Virus record (IMG/VR): IMGVR_UViG_3300016457_000036
Coordinates: 7,253-71,252 of that record
Origin: a virus
Taxonomy: Duplodnaviria; Heunggongvirae; Uroviricota; Caudoviricetes
Length of the DNA: 64,000 bases
Strand: one strand, 5' to 3'
Part shown: piece by piece, positions 55,989-64,000 of the stretch
Numbering within the stretch: position 1 is the stretch's first letter
Layout: the number at the start of each line of letters is the position of its first letter
The notes under the pieces: generated by a model
Database searches by the model: none
What the model was told of the DNA's origin: nothing
Seen by the model: the letters and a program-made list of their open reading frames with translations, nothing else
Program-made: the position numbers and the translations under genes

Positions 55989-56120
55989 ATGGAAAAGAAA
56001 TCTGAAAAAGAGCAATGTGCTCAAGAAGTCATGGAAATTCTTACAACATCTGATATAGATGAAGAGGAACAACTTTCTCGTATTTATGACTACTGTCGAA
56101 AAATCATCGAAGGAGACTAA
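55989..56120 (+). CDS. small acidic protein (43 aa)
   Basis: fills gap; GGAGCATAACATG. Confidence 0.25.
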   Translation: MEKKSEKEQCAQEVMEILTTSDIDEEEQLSRIYDYCRKIIEGD

Positions 56121-56121
56121 C

Positions 56122-56658
56122 ATGGCTAATTTATCTCAAACAGATATTGAAATGTACGGTACTGATGAAGCTATTGCAGCTGCAACTGCGGATATAAAAA
56201 GTATTGTACACGGTACTGATCCCGACTTTCTTTACCTAGTACCTAATAAAGGTGAACTAGGTAAAAATGGCTATAATTCCTTAGAAGCAGATCAGTTAGA
56301 TTTTAATCCTAATTCAATCATTATAAGCGGCTCAGGACGTTGGGCAGGTCCCGACAAGTACATTGCTCACCTTATGGAAGAGTATGGCTTAACAGGCACT
56401 TATACCGACTCAGAAAACGGCTGTAACTTCTTCTATCGTACTGAATTTGAAGAAGGTAAACTCACTAAAGAGATTGAAAGCTCGTACTTTTCTAACGAGT
56501 CTATAAAGTATTTCGGTATCGACTACTTCTTAGAGCATTACGCTTATATCTCAGAAGAGGACGATTGGGAAGACGATTGGAAAGATGAGATTAAACTCTT
56601 CGCTGATAACGGCTACTCTTTCGCAGATTTAAAAGAAGCGTGGAAAGGATATACATAA
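56122..56658 (+). CDS. hypothetical acidic protein (178 aa)
   Basis: AGGAGACTAACATG. Confidence 0.45.
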   Translation: MANLSQTDIEMYGTDEAIAAATADIKSIVHGTDPDFLYLVPNKGELGKNGYNSLEADQLDFNPNSIIISGSGRWAGPDKYIAHLMEEYGLTGTYTDSENGCNFFYRTEFEEGKLTKEIESSYFSNESIKYFGIDYFLEHYAYISEEDDWEDDWKDEIKLFADNGYSFADLKEAWKGYT

Positions 56659-57095
56659 TGAGTTGGACTACTTTAAAACATAATGTACAGTTACCTCTTT
56701 ATGAAGGGGATAATTTTGCTGAAGTAACAACATCAGAAGAATTACTACAGGGACTTTCCGGAACATTGCATGACAAAGACATCTTTTCTGATGAAGCTCT
56801 AATGGAGCTATTAAATGCATTATTACTTCCTTGTAAAGATAGATATATTCGTGAAAATATGACATATGACATGGCACTCGATATGATTGCTGCTGAAGGT
56901 AAAACAGTAATTGAAGATCTTGAACTCACTTCACCACAAATAGCTGATGCCATCGGTATTTATTACCATAATGACATCAACTACTCAACTGAAAACCCTA
57001 ACACACTACCATACATTCTCTGTATGGAATACCCAACTGCTGCTGCTTCTCTTTATGAAGAGTTAAAATATTGGGCCTCTAAAGGACGTATCTAA
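56658..57095 (+). CDS. hypothetical protein (145 aa)
   Basis: ATGA overlap. Confidence 0.45.
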   Translation: MSWTTLKHNVQLPLYEGDNFAEVTTSEELLQGLSGTLHDKDIFSDEALMELLNALLLPCKDRYIRENMTYDMALDMIAAEGKTVIEDLELTSPQIADAIGIYYHNDINYSTENPNTLPYILCMEYPTAAASLYEELKYWASKGRI

Positions 57096-57346
57096 TGACC
57101 ATAACTACTAAATATAACCCGGAAGACGTAGTATTCTTAATTGTAAGTAATGCTATCAAAGAAGTAAAAATCAATTCTTTTAAGATCACTTCTTATGCAA
57201 CTACTAACACTCCTCCTGCTATTCACTACTACATAGGAGCATTAGATCGTAATTATTCTGAAAATGAAGTATACGCTACTAAAGAGTTAGCTGCTACAGA
57301 TTGGCTACATGCACAAGGTATTAAAACTGCTTTAGTGGAGACATAA
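57095..57346 (+). CDS. hypothetical protein (83 aa)
   Basis: ATGA overlap. Confidence 0.4.
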   Translation: MTITTKYNPEDVVFLIVSNAIKEVKINSFKITSYATTNTPPAIHYYIGALDRNYSENEVYATKELAATDWLHAQGIKTALVET

Positions 57347-57347
57347 T

Positions 57348-57554
57348 ATGAGTGAAGAATATGACATCATTCATGATGGTAGGCTCAGAAACGAGATTAG
57401 GACTGATGCTGAAGAAAAAGGTTTAACACCTCTTGAAGCTCGTATACTTGCTGATACTAAAGGCTCATATATCGTCAGCGGTATGTGGGATAACTACAAC
57501 GATACACTTGATGATCTTGTAGAACGTACCATCGATTCAAGAGAAACGTCATGA
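57348..57554 (+). CDS. hypothetical protein (68 aa)
   Basis: GGAGACATAATATG. Confidence 0.4.
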   Translation: MSEEYDIIHDGRLRNEIRTDAEEKGLTPLEARILADTKGSYIVSGMWDNYNDTLDDLVERTIDSRETS

Positions 57555-58108
57555 CCATATATGGCATAGACATCGGTTTATCCGGTGGTGTCTCAAATGG
57601 TGATTACGATTTAAAAATGCCTACCTATAAACGTCTCACTAAAAAAGCCTATATGGTACAAAAGAAAGACGCAAAAGGTAAGGCTATTATTACTAAGTCG
57701 GGACCTAATAAAGGCCAAAAGCAGATGGTTATTAAATCACCCGCTAAGCACCAAAATGAAATCGACACACCTGTACTTTATAAGTGGCTAAATGATGCTG
57801 ATTACATCGTGATAGAAGCACCTGGTAACACACAAGGTAATTCTGCACGTGTAACTAAAACAACTATGACTAATTTTGGTAAAGTACTTGCATGTGCTGA
57901 ACTTTCTAATGCTAAAGTGATCATAGTACCCCCTTCACAATGGAAAAAAGATCTTGATCTCTCTAAAGAAAAACAAGACTCTATCGATCTATGTGAAAAA
58001 CTCTCCGGTCGTAAACATAAAATTACATGGGACGGACCTGCAGAGGCTTATCTTATACGTCATTGGTTCATGACAGTAAAACTACCTCAACTTGAAAAGG
58101 AGTCCTAA
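57551..58108 (+). CDS. RuvC-like Holliday junction resolvase (185 aa)
   Basis: N-terminal MTIYGIDIGLSGG (catalytic Asp in GIDxG), IVIEAPG, later acidic residues; typical RuvC/YqgF fold order. Confidence 0.45.
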   Translation: MTIYGIDIGLSGGVSNGDYDLKMPTYKRLTKKAYMVQKKDAKGKAIITKSGPNKGQKQMVIKSPAKHQNEIDTPVLYKWLNDADYIVIEAPGNTQGNSARVTKTTMTNFGKVLACAELSNAKVIIVPPSQWKKDLDLSKEKQDSIDLCEKLSGRKHKITWDGPAEAYLIRHWFMTVKLPQLEKES

Positions 58109-58713
58109 TGGGCTGTGACATACACTTAAATCTCGAAGAAAAAATAACTCGAGATGATGAAACGCTATGGGTAGACCGTAACTTCTACGCACGAAACGAA
58201 TACTACCCTAAGTATAAAGACGATGGAGAAAATGAGTTTACTCCTTATTGGAGTGGTGAGTCAGATAAACGTAACTATCTCTTGTTCGCTATTCTTGCTA
58301 ATGTACGTAATGATGGCTCTATCACTCCTATAGCTGAGCCTAGAGGCTTACCTGCTGACATGAATTCTTATATAGCTGAAAAAGCTAAATCATGGGAAGA
58401 TGATGGACATTCAATGAGTTACTTCACACTTCAAGAACTTGAAGACGCTAATGATGATTACGAAATACTTCCTTGTACAGGTTATGTAACAGAAGTAGAT
58501 AATGTCAAGCTAAAAACCGGACAAGGTGTACCTACATTTTGGTATACCACTTCTAATGATCGTCATTCTATCTATGCTGAATGGGATATGGAAATTACTT
58601 GTCTTACAAATCTTATTGCAGATATTAAAGCACAACTAAGCGCACAGTATCGCTACGTACAAAAAGATAAACCTGCAGACAATTTTCGTATTGTCTTTTG
58701 GTTCGATAACTAA
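58108..58713 (+). CDS. hypothetical protein (201 aa)
   Basis: ATGG overlap. Confidence 0.45.
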   Translation: MGCDIHLNLEEKITRDDETLWVDRNFYARNEYYPKYKDDGENEFTPYWSGESDKRNYLLFAILANVRNDGSITPIAEPRGLPADMNSYIAEKAKSWEDDGHSMSYFTLQELEDANDDYEILPCTGYVTEVDNVKLKTGQGVPTFWYTTSNDRHSIYAEWDMEITCLTNLIADIKAQLSAQYRYVQKDKPADNFRIVFWFDN

Positions 58714-58721
58714 GGTTCATC

Positions 58722-59282
58722 ATGATCACTATTACACTAACCGGTGAAGAAGCTGAAGAGTACATTGCATTTAAGACAGCTAAAAAAGAGCCGTCAAAAG
58801 ACGTTTCGGACGAAATTATGCCGCTTTCGGCTTTTAAAGCCCCACTTGTAGCTCGTTCTCCACAACCTCCTATTACTGAAACTAAGGTAGATTTACCTAT
58901 ATCTACTGTAAAAACAACTACAGCTCATCTAACAAGACAGGCTGCTATTCAAGATGAATTAGAAGCTAGTAAATCTCCATCATTTCCTACTCCTCCTTCA
59001 ATCAGTAAGCCTATTCCGGCTAACCCTCTTGAAAAGCCTGTAAAGAAAAAACCTTTCAGTTGGAAACCTTACATGCCTTCATTAAAAAACATCATGAGGC
59101 TTAAACCTAGAGAACGTACACTTCAGCGTGTTATTAACGTATTACAACCTAAAGTAGTAGCTACTACTGTACTTCGTGATAAATTAATGCGTGAAGGTAT
59201 TACCTACGATTTAAACACAGGTTTATTATATTGGCGTGATGACGGTTTTAACCACGCTAAAAAAGGAATTCGATATGAGTAA
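58722..59282 (+). CDS. hypothetical Pro-rich protein (186 aa)
   Basis: ORF track. Confidence 0.45.
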   Translation: MITITLTGEEAEEYIAFKTAKKEPSKDVSDEIMPLSAFKAPLVARSPQPPITETKVDLPISTVKTTTAHLTRQAAIQDELEASKSPSFPTPPSISKPIPANPLEKPVKKKPFSWKPYMPSLKNIMRLKPRERTLQRVINVLQPKVVATTVLRDKLMREGITYDLNTGLLYWRDDGFNHAKKGIRYE

Positions 59283-60135
59283 AGTAACAACACGCCTCGA
59301 CTATTATAATGGTCAAAATGAAGTCCCTGCAGGATCAACACGTATCTCTGCTTCATCTATTGCTAAATTCTTCTCTAAAACTACAGGTTGGTGGAGAGAA
59401 AACTTAATGGGTGAAGAAGGCTTCACTAACTCAACTGCCTCTATTTTAGGTACATGTACACACTTCGTAGCTGAGGAATTTGCTCGTACAGGTGAAGTAG
59501 ATAAAGACGAAATTGAACGCTATATTGCACAATTCGATGATGAAACTGTCGAAGAGAATTGGGAATTAGACACCTCACTTATTCGTCTACAGTACCCTAT
59601 TATGGGCATGGCTCTTGTCAATAACTATTTAATGGAGAACCCTCCTTCTGCTATTGAAGAATTTATGTATAAAGAGATCTTACCTGGCATAGGTGTAGGT
59701 GGCTCATGTGATAACCGTACTAACGATTGTGTTGTAGATTACAAGACATTCGGAGGCCTCACAGCACCTTCTACGATCTCCTATGAGTACAAGTTGCAAT
59801 TACTTGTTTACGCATGGCTCTATACTCAAATGGGCATCAAAATCAATCAAATACGTATCGTCTACATTACTCGTAACACAGTCGGTCGTATTTCTGAAAA
59901 AACACAGAAGCCGATGAAAGATTATCCTACTACTGTTACAGTCATAAATGAAGTAATTGAGCAAAAAGATCTTGACTTTATTGAGTCACTTATCTATCTA
60001 GTATCTGACAGTATCGACGCATGGAATAAAATGCCTGAACTACGTTATTTACTAGCGCAAGACTATAGACTTAAGAATTATAATTGGGACGGCTTACCGA
60101 GTACTCTCCATGCCTTCCCTACTGCAAAAGCTTAG
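59275..60135 (+). CDS. PD-(D/E)XK nuclease, Cas4/RecB-exonuclease-like (286 aa)
   Basis: AAAGGAATTCGATATG; GSCDNRTNDCVVDYKT (D..EVK/DYK motif) and YKLQLLVY (QxxxY motif). Confidence 0.55.
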   Translation: MSKVTTRLDYYNGQNEVPAGSTRISASSIAKFFSKTTGWWRENLMGEEGFTNSTASILGTCTHFVAEEFARTGEVDKDEIERYIAQFDDETVEENWELDTSLIRLQYPIMGMALVNNYLMENPPSAIEEFMYKEILPGIGVGGSCDNRTNDCVVDYKTFGGLTAPSTISYEYKLQLLVYAWLYTQMGIKINQIRIVYITRNTVGRISEKTQKPMKDYPTTVTVINEVIEQKDLDFIESLIYLVSDSIDAWNKMPELRYLLAQDYRLKNYNWDGLPSTLHAFPTAKA

Positions 60136-60145
60136 TCTATGGTAA

Positions 60146-60162
60146 AGCCCTCCTACAGGGCT
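60146..60162 (+). terminator. stem-loop AGCCCT-CCTAC-AGGGCT after nuclease gene
   Basis: 6-bp perfect stem 10 nt past stop; followed by TATAAT at 60170-60175. Confidence 0.35.
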
Positions 60163-60200
60163 ATAACGCTATAATACACATCTAAAATAAAGGTAACAAC

Positions 60201-60440
60201 ATGATCAAAGAAATGATGGGAAAAATTGCTAATATGGCAGCATCCCCTACTATGAAAACAGAAAAGAAACAACGTATTGTCGGCGGAGGCTATTGGGCTC
60301 TTGAAGACACTAAATATGGAAGTAAGCTTGTAAAAGCTGTACAGATCGCAGGTACTAACACATATCAAGATGACACTATGCGTAACCCGCAAAAACGTCG
60401 TGGTCGTCGTGCTATTAAATTGCTTCAACAGGCGGCTTAA
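60201..60440 (+). CDS. hypothetical protein (79 aa)
   Basis: AAAGGTAACAACATG. Confidence 0.4.
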   Translation: MIKEMMGKIANMAASPTMKTEKKQRIVGGGYWALEDTKYGSKLVKAVQIAGTNTYQDDTMRNPQKRRGRRAIKLLQQAA

Positions 60441-60442
60441 TC

Positions 60443-61153
60443 ATGGCTATTAAATTACTTGTATGTGGATTTGAAAACTCTGCAAAATCAACAATCACCT
60501 CTAAACTTGCTAACTCGATGGTAGTAAACTTCGACCGTAAAGAATACGGCTTTGAAGTACCTCACGTTAACATTCCTACATGGACACAAGAGAACGCACC
60601 TAACAGCGTCTCAGAATCTGCAATCAGTCTTATCAATGAGAAACTTGGTGTATATCAAGAAACTTATGGAAAATTACCTGAAAGCATCATTCTTGATACT
60701 GTTACACAATTCTATAGTGGTATGTCAGCCTATAACGAAAATCGTTACAAAGGCTTTGACATTCACTCAGGTAACAATAAAGACACTATGAACTTTAACA
60801 ACTATGTTGAAGATGTTCTTATCGGCAATAACATTAACGTCATCATTGTTGCGCATACTGTTTATGATGAAAAAACACTTCGTCATATTATCCCGGCCGC
60901 AGGTAAATTTAAAGACGCAGGCTCATGGTTATCAGTCGTAAATGATGCTATCTTCATTGAGAAAAAGTCTAATAAACTTATTGCTCATCAGAAGTCTCTA
61001 AAGTATCCATGTAGATCGACTCTTCCTAAAATTGAAGCGTCACTACCTGTACCTGAAGCAGAAGCAGAGCCTAAAAAAGGCGAGTACGACATTAACAAAC
61101 ACATCGCTGATCTAACAGCATCTAAAGTCGAGGCAATCAAGTTCGTACTTTAA
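60443..61153 (+). CDS. Sak4-like / RecA-fold ATPase (236 aa)
   Basis: N-terminal KLLVCGFENSAKSTIT P-loop-like; size and position next to SSB-like gene. Confidence 0.35.
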   Translation: MAIKLLVCGFENSAKSTITSKLANSMVVNFDRKEYGFEVPHVNIPTWTQENAPNSVSESAISLINEKLGVYQETYGKLPESIILDTVTQFYSGMSAYNENRYKGFDIHSGNNKDTMNFNNYVEDVLIGNNINVIIVAHTVYDEKTLRHIIPAAGKFKDAGSWLSVVNDAIFIEKKSNKLIAHQKSLKYPCRSTLPKIEASLPVPEAEAEPKKGEYDINKHIADLTASKVEAIKFVL

Positions 61154-61221
61154 CGACCTTGTTTATGATGATTTTACCTCCGCAACGAGGCTAATCTAAA
61201 ATTTAATAAAAAAGGACCTAC

Positions 61222-61887
61222 ATGGCATTTTTAAAAGTAAACGCGGATACAGTCGCAAAAGAAGGACAAGGCGGGAATTTCTTCGCTACATCAGGAGTCT
61301 TCCCTGTAACATTACGTGCTTGTGAGATTAAAGGCACAACAAACGGAGCTACTGAAGCTAACTACTACTTCAAAGAGGGTAACTCTTTTGGTAACACTAT
61401 TTTCGGTAAAGACGGTAAGCAGCTATTTGGTGGAAATATCCTTGAAGCACTTGGTGCAGTACTTGGTCTTAGCGAACTTGCTGATCCTGAAGAGTTCGAT
61501 CTTAAACTTAAGACTCGTACTAAGCAGATCATGGCACTTCCTGATCTTGAAGAGATCGAATGTAAAGTATGGGTTCAATACGGCTACCGTGTGTACAACA
61601 ATGCTATTCAAGAGTCTATCTCTGTAAAACGCTTTTATCGTTCTGAAGATGATGCAAGTGGATCTGAAGTTATGTCGGGTGAAGGCATGGGTACACAGTT
61701 TGAAAAAGACACTAAATACCATGCAGAAGTTAAGTATGAAAATGACCTAACTCCTGAGATGATTGAAGACTGGAAAAAAGACCAAAAGAGCGCATCTAAA
61801 GGTGCCGCATCTACTGCCGGTTCTGCTGCAAAGTCGGGCTTTCCTAAGCCTGCTGCAACTACAGGTTTTCCAACACCTGCTGCATAA
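61222..61887 (+). CDS. single-stranded DNA-binding protein-like (221 aa)
   Basis: AAAAAGGACCTACATG; context in recombination module; Gly/Pro-rich C-terminal tail. Confidence 0.3.
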   Translation: MAFLKVNADTVAKEGQGGNFFATSGVFPVTLRACEIKGTTNGATEANYYFKEGNSFGNTIFGKDGKQLFGGNILEALGAVLGLSELADPEEFDLKLKTRTKQIMALPDLEEIECKVWVQYGYRVYNNAIQESISVKRFYRSEDDASGSEVMSGEGMGTQFEKDTKYHAEVKYENDLTPEMIEDWKKDQKSASKGAASTAGSAAKSGFPKPAATTGFPTPAA

Positions 61888-62027
61888 GTAAAATTATCGC
61901 TCCTACTACTTTCTTAAGCCTTTAGTAGTAGGTAGCTTCACAATGGGATTGTGATTTAACGTAACTTATTCGAGTAGCCTTCGGGCTCCTCTCTATAAGC
62001 TTATATACTCCTTTTAAAGAAACTCCT

Positions 62028-63506
62028 ATGACACTAACTGATGAACAACAAAAAATTATTGATGCCTGCCTTGACCCTAAAATAACTCTTCTACTTGTTG
62101 AAGCAGTTTCCGGTGCAGGTAAGACTGCCACACTTATCGAGATTGCTCTCGCTACAAAACCTAAAAGAGGTAGATACTTAGCTTACAATAAAGCTATTGC
62201 TACTGAAGCAACTGAAAAATTTGCAGGTACTAACATCGAATGTAGCACTATCCATTCACTAGCTTATCAAGCCGTAGTACGTCCTTATGGACTGAAAGTA
62301 GGCTTCTTCAAAGCACGTGATGTAGACAAGACTTACCCATATCAAGCTCGTCTTGAAATTGCAGGTATTATTGAAGACTTCTGTCTATCTGCTTCAACTG
62401 ATGTAAACGAGTATCTAGCTAATGCTACTATCGTATACGAAAATCCTAATCTTGTAAAAGAAGGTATCCAAGTACACCTAGATAAAATGGCTAGAGGTGA
62501 CATCGCCTGTAACCATAGCTTCTACTTAAAGTTCTACCACCTAATGCTTGCTACAGGTGAGATCGTACCTCCTGAGATGGATATTCTGATGCTCGACGAG
62601 TTCGGAGACATCACAGGTCTTACACTTGAGATATTCAAACTTATGAACGCTAAAATGAAAATTGCTGTAGGTGACTCTATGCAGACTATCTACCGCTTCA
62701 ATAAAACGATTAACGGCTTCAAAGCACTCGAAGGTCAAGGAACACTATTAAAACTCTCTCAGAGCTTCCGTGTGTCCACTCAGATAGCACAACGTATCGA
62801 ACTCTTTTGTAATGAGTATATGAAACGTGATAATATTGAATTTAAAGGTATGGATTACCCTTCTATTCCACCTATTGCTTCACATGCTTACATAGCTCGT
62901 ACAAACAGTTCTCTCATTGCTGAGATGATCCGTCTCGATAACATGAATATTCCATACTCACTAACTCGATCGGTCAAAGCTATGTTCTCATTACTACTCA
63001 CTCTGATGAACCTCAAAGAGGGTATGACAGTACATGATGCACAGTATAAATTTATTGAACGCGACATAAAAAAGTATTACGACAGTAAAGATCTCAAACA
63101 ACGCTATGCCACACCTGCTAAATATGTGATGTATAAACATGAAGATGACATCACTATCATGGGAGCTTTCCGTTTACTACAGAAGCACTCATACACTACA
63201 ATTTACTCTGTATATGGCAATGCTAAAGATCATGAAGCAACTAAACGTAAACAGCTTGTGACACTCACTACAGCCCATTCAAGTAAAGGACTAGAGTACG
63301 ATAAAGTAACTCTATTGCCTGACATGAACGAGGCTTTCTCTTTCGCTTATACTGAATATCTTTCTATTCAACGTGACCCTGAAGCTACTGATGCAGATGA
63401 ATTTGAAGCCCTCAATAACTTTGAAGACGAAACAAAACTCTATTATGTAGCTACATCTCGTGCACGTTACATTATAGAAAATGCAGGGTACTTACCAAAT
63501 GCTTAG
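62028..63506 (+). CDS. UvrD/PcrA-like SF1 helicase (492 aa)
   Basis: VEAVSGAGKT (Walker A), ILMLDEFGD (motif II), TAHSSKGLEYDKV (motif V), YYVATSRAR (motif VI). Confidence 0.7.
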   Translation: MTLTDEQQKIIDACLDPKITLLLVEAVSGAGKTATLIEIALATKPKRGRYLAYNKAIATEATEKFAGTNIECSTIHSLAYQAVVRPYGLKVGFFKARDVDKTYPYQARLEIAGIIEDFCLSASTDVNEYLANATIVYENPNLVKEGIQVHLDKMARGDIACNHSFYLKFYHLMLATGEIVPPEMDILMLDEFGDITGLTLEIFKLMNAKMKIAVGDSMQTIYRFNKTINGFKALEGQGTLLKLSQSFRVSTQIAQRIELFCNEYMKRDNIEFKGMDYPSIPPIASHAYIARTNSSLIAEMIRLDNMNIPYSLTRSVKAMFSLLLTLMNLKEGMTVHDAQYKFIERDIKKYYDSKDLKQRYATPAKYVMYKHEDDITIMGAFRLLQKHSYTTIYSVYGNAKDHEATKRKQLVTLTTAHSSKGLEYDKVTLLPDMNEAFSFAYTEYLSIQRDPEATDADEFEALNNFEDETKLYYVATSRARYIIENAGYLPNA

Positions 63507-63572
63507 TCTTAACTCAACAACTGACCTGGTAGCTTTAGCTCTTGCCGTATTAAAGACATACAAGGACATTTA

Positions 63573-63728
63573 ATGAAAGCAGCCATAATTGCAATTATCG
63601 TAGGAGTAATCACAGTATTACTATCAGTAAGTTTTGCCGCTACCGGTCTTATTTACGACTTCCTAATGCCTAAAATTGCAGTAGGTGCTATCATCGGATT
63701 TCTAGTATATTTCGTAGTATTGGACTAA
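63573..63728 (+). CDS. small membrane protein (51 aa)
   Basis: two hydrophobic helices. Confidence 0.3.
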   Translation: MKAAIIAIIVGVITVLLSVSFAATGLIYDFLMPKIAVGAIIGFLVYFVVLD

Positions 63729-63729
63729 C

Positions 63730-63960
63730 ATGGTAAAAACAACTGTTAAAGAATTTAATGAAAAGTATGGCCATAGCACTTATAGACAAAATGTTTATAA
63801 GATAGCCTCTGATGAAGACATCGGAACTTTCGTATGTATGAAGCTTGCCGGTCTGAGATTACCGTACTTTTGCCATTGGGAGCAAGAAGCTACATATGAA
63901 AAACTTCCACAAGGCAAAGAATGGGGCTACTACCACGAAATAGTGGCAGAGGCTTCTTAG
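63730..63960 (+). CDS. hypothetical protein (76 aa)
   Basis: ORF track. Confidence 0.4.
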   Translation: MVKTTVKEFNEKYGHSTYRQNVYKIASDEDIGTFVCMKLAGLRLPYFCHWEQEATYEKLPQGKEWGYYHEIVAEAS

Positions 63961-64000
63961 TCTCCGTAGAACATAAATGGAAACAGACCATGTTTTACTG

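Noticed and set aside
61316-61722. ORFs 61316..61627 (+) and 61423..61722 (-)
   Set aside because: Lie inside the SSB-like gene in alternative frames, with Leu/Val low-complexity translations.
1-64000. Integrase, transposase or other mobile-element calls
   Set aside because: No tyrosine or serine recombinase, DDE or IS-like motifs noticed. The only endonuclease is a single HNH gene (15306..15815) that is not inserted into another gene.

Overview
This 64 kb window reads like a large virulent dsDNA phage of a Gram-negative-type host. It is AT-rich, gene starts carry AAGGA-type Shine-Dalgarno sequences, and CGT/GCT/ACT codons are favoured. Bases 1-4073 hold a leftward (minus-strand) block of about 10 genes, including a ParB-like nuclease-domain protein. 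A roughly 650 bp strand-switch region (4075-4720) with poly-C tracts separates it from the rest, which is transcribed rightward.

Bases 4720-35560 carry more than 90 small early/middle-type ORFs. Recognisable among them are:
- a stand-alone GGDEF diguanylate-cyclase-like protein
- an HNH endonuclease
- a SLOG/DUF2493 protein
- a DHH/DHHA1 phosphoesterase
- many CxxC zinc-ribbon mini-proteins
- a membrane cluster containing a type-IV-prepilin-like protein and an SPFH (band-7) lipoprotein

Bases 35.8-43.3 kb form a stable-RNA island. It contains tRNA-Gln, tRNA-Tyr, tRNA-Asn, tRNA-Ala and tRNA-Met(CAT), a tmRNA (ssrA-like, tag ending ...AELAAA), and one degenerate tRNA-like gene. Three unusual elements there place a tRNA 3' half directly upstream of its matching 5' half, which looks like circularly permuted tRNA. 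Several ORF-free structured/repeat regions and two large proteins of unknown function (253 aa and 731 aa) sit among these RNAs.

Bases 43.3-64 kb form a replication/recombination module with these components:
- dUTPase
- a family-A DNA polymerase split into a 3'-5' exonuclease gene and a polymerase gene by about 900 bp carrying four small ORFs
- a primase-like 760 aa protein
- a Dda-like SF1 helicase
- a RuvC-like resolvase
- a PD-(D/E)XK (Cas4/RecB-like) nuclease
- a Sak4-like ATPase
- an SSB-like protein
- a UvrD-like helicase

No CRISPR array, integrase or structural (virion) genes were recognised. All functional calls come from motif reading by eye, not from database searches.
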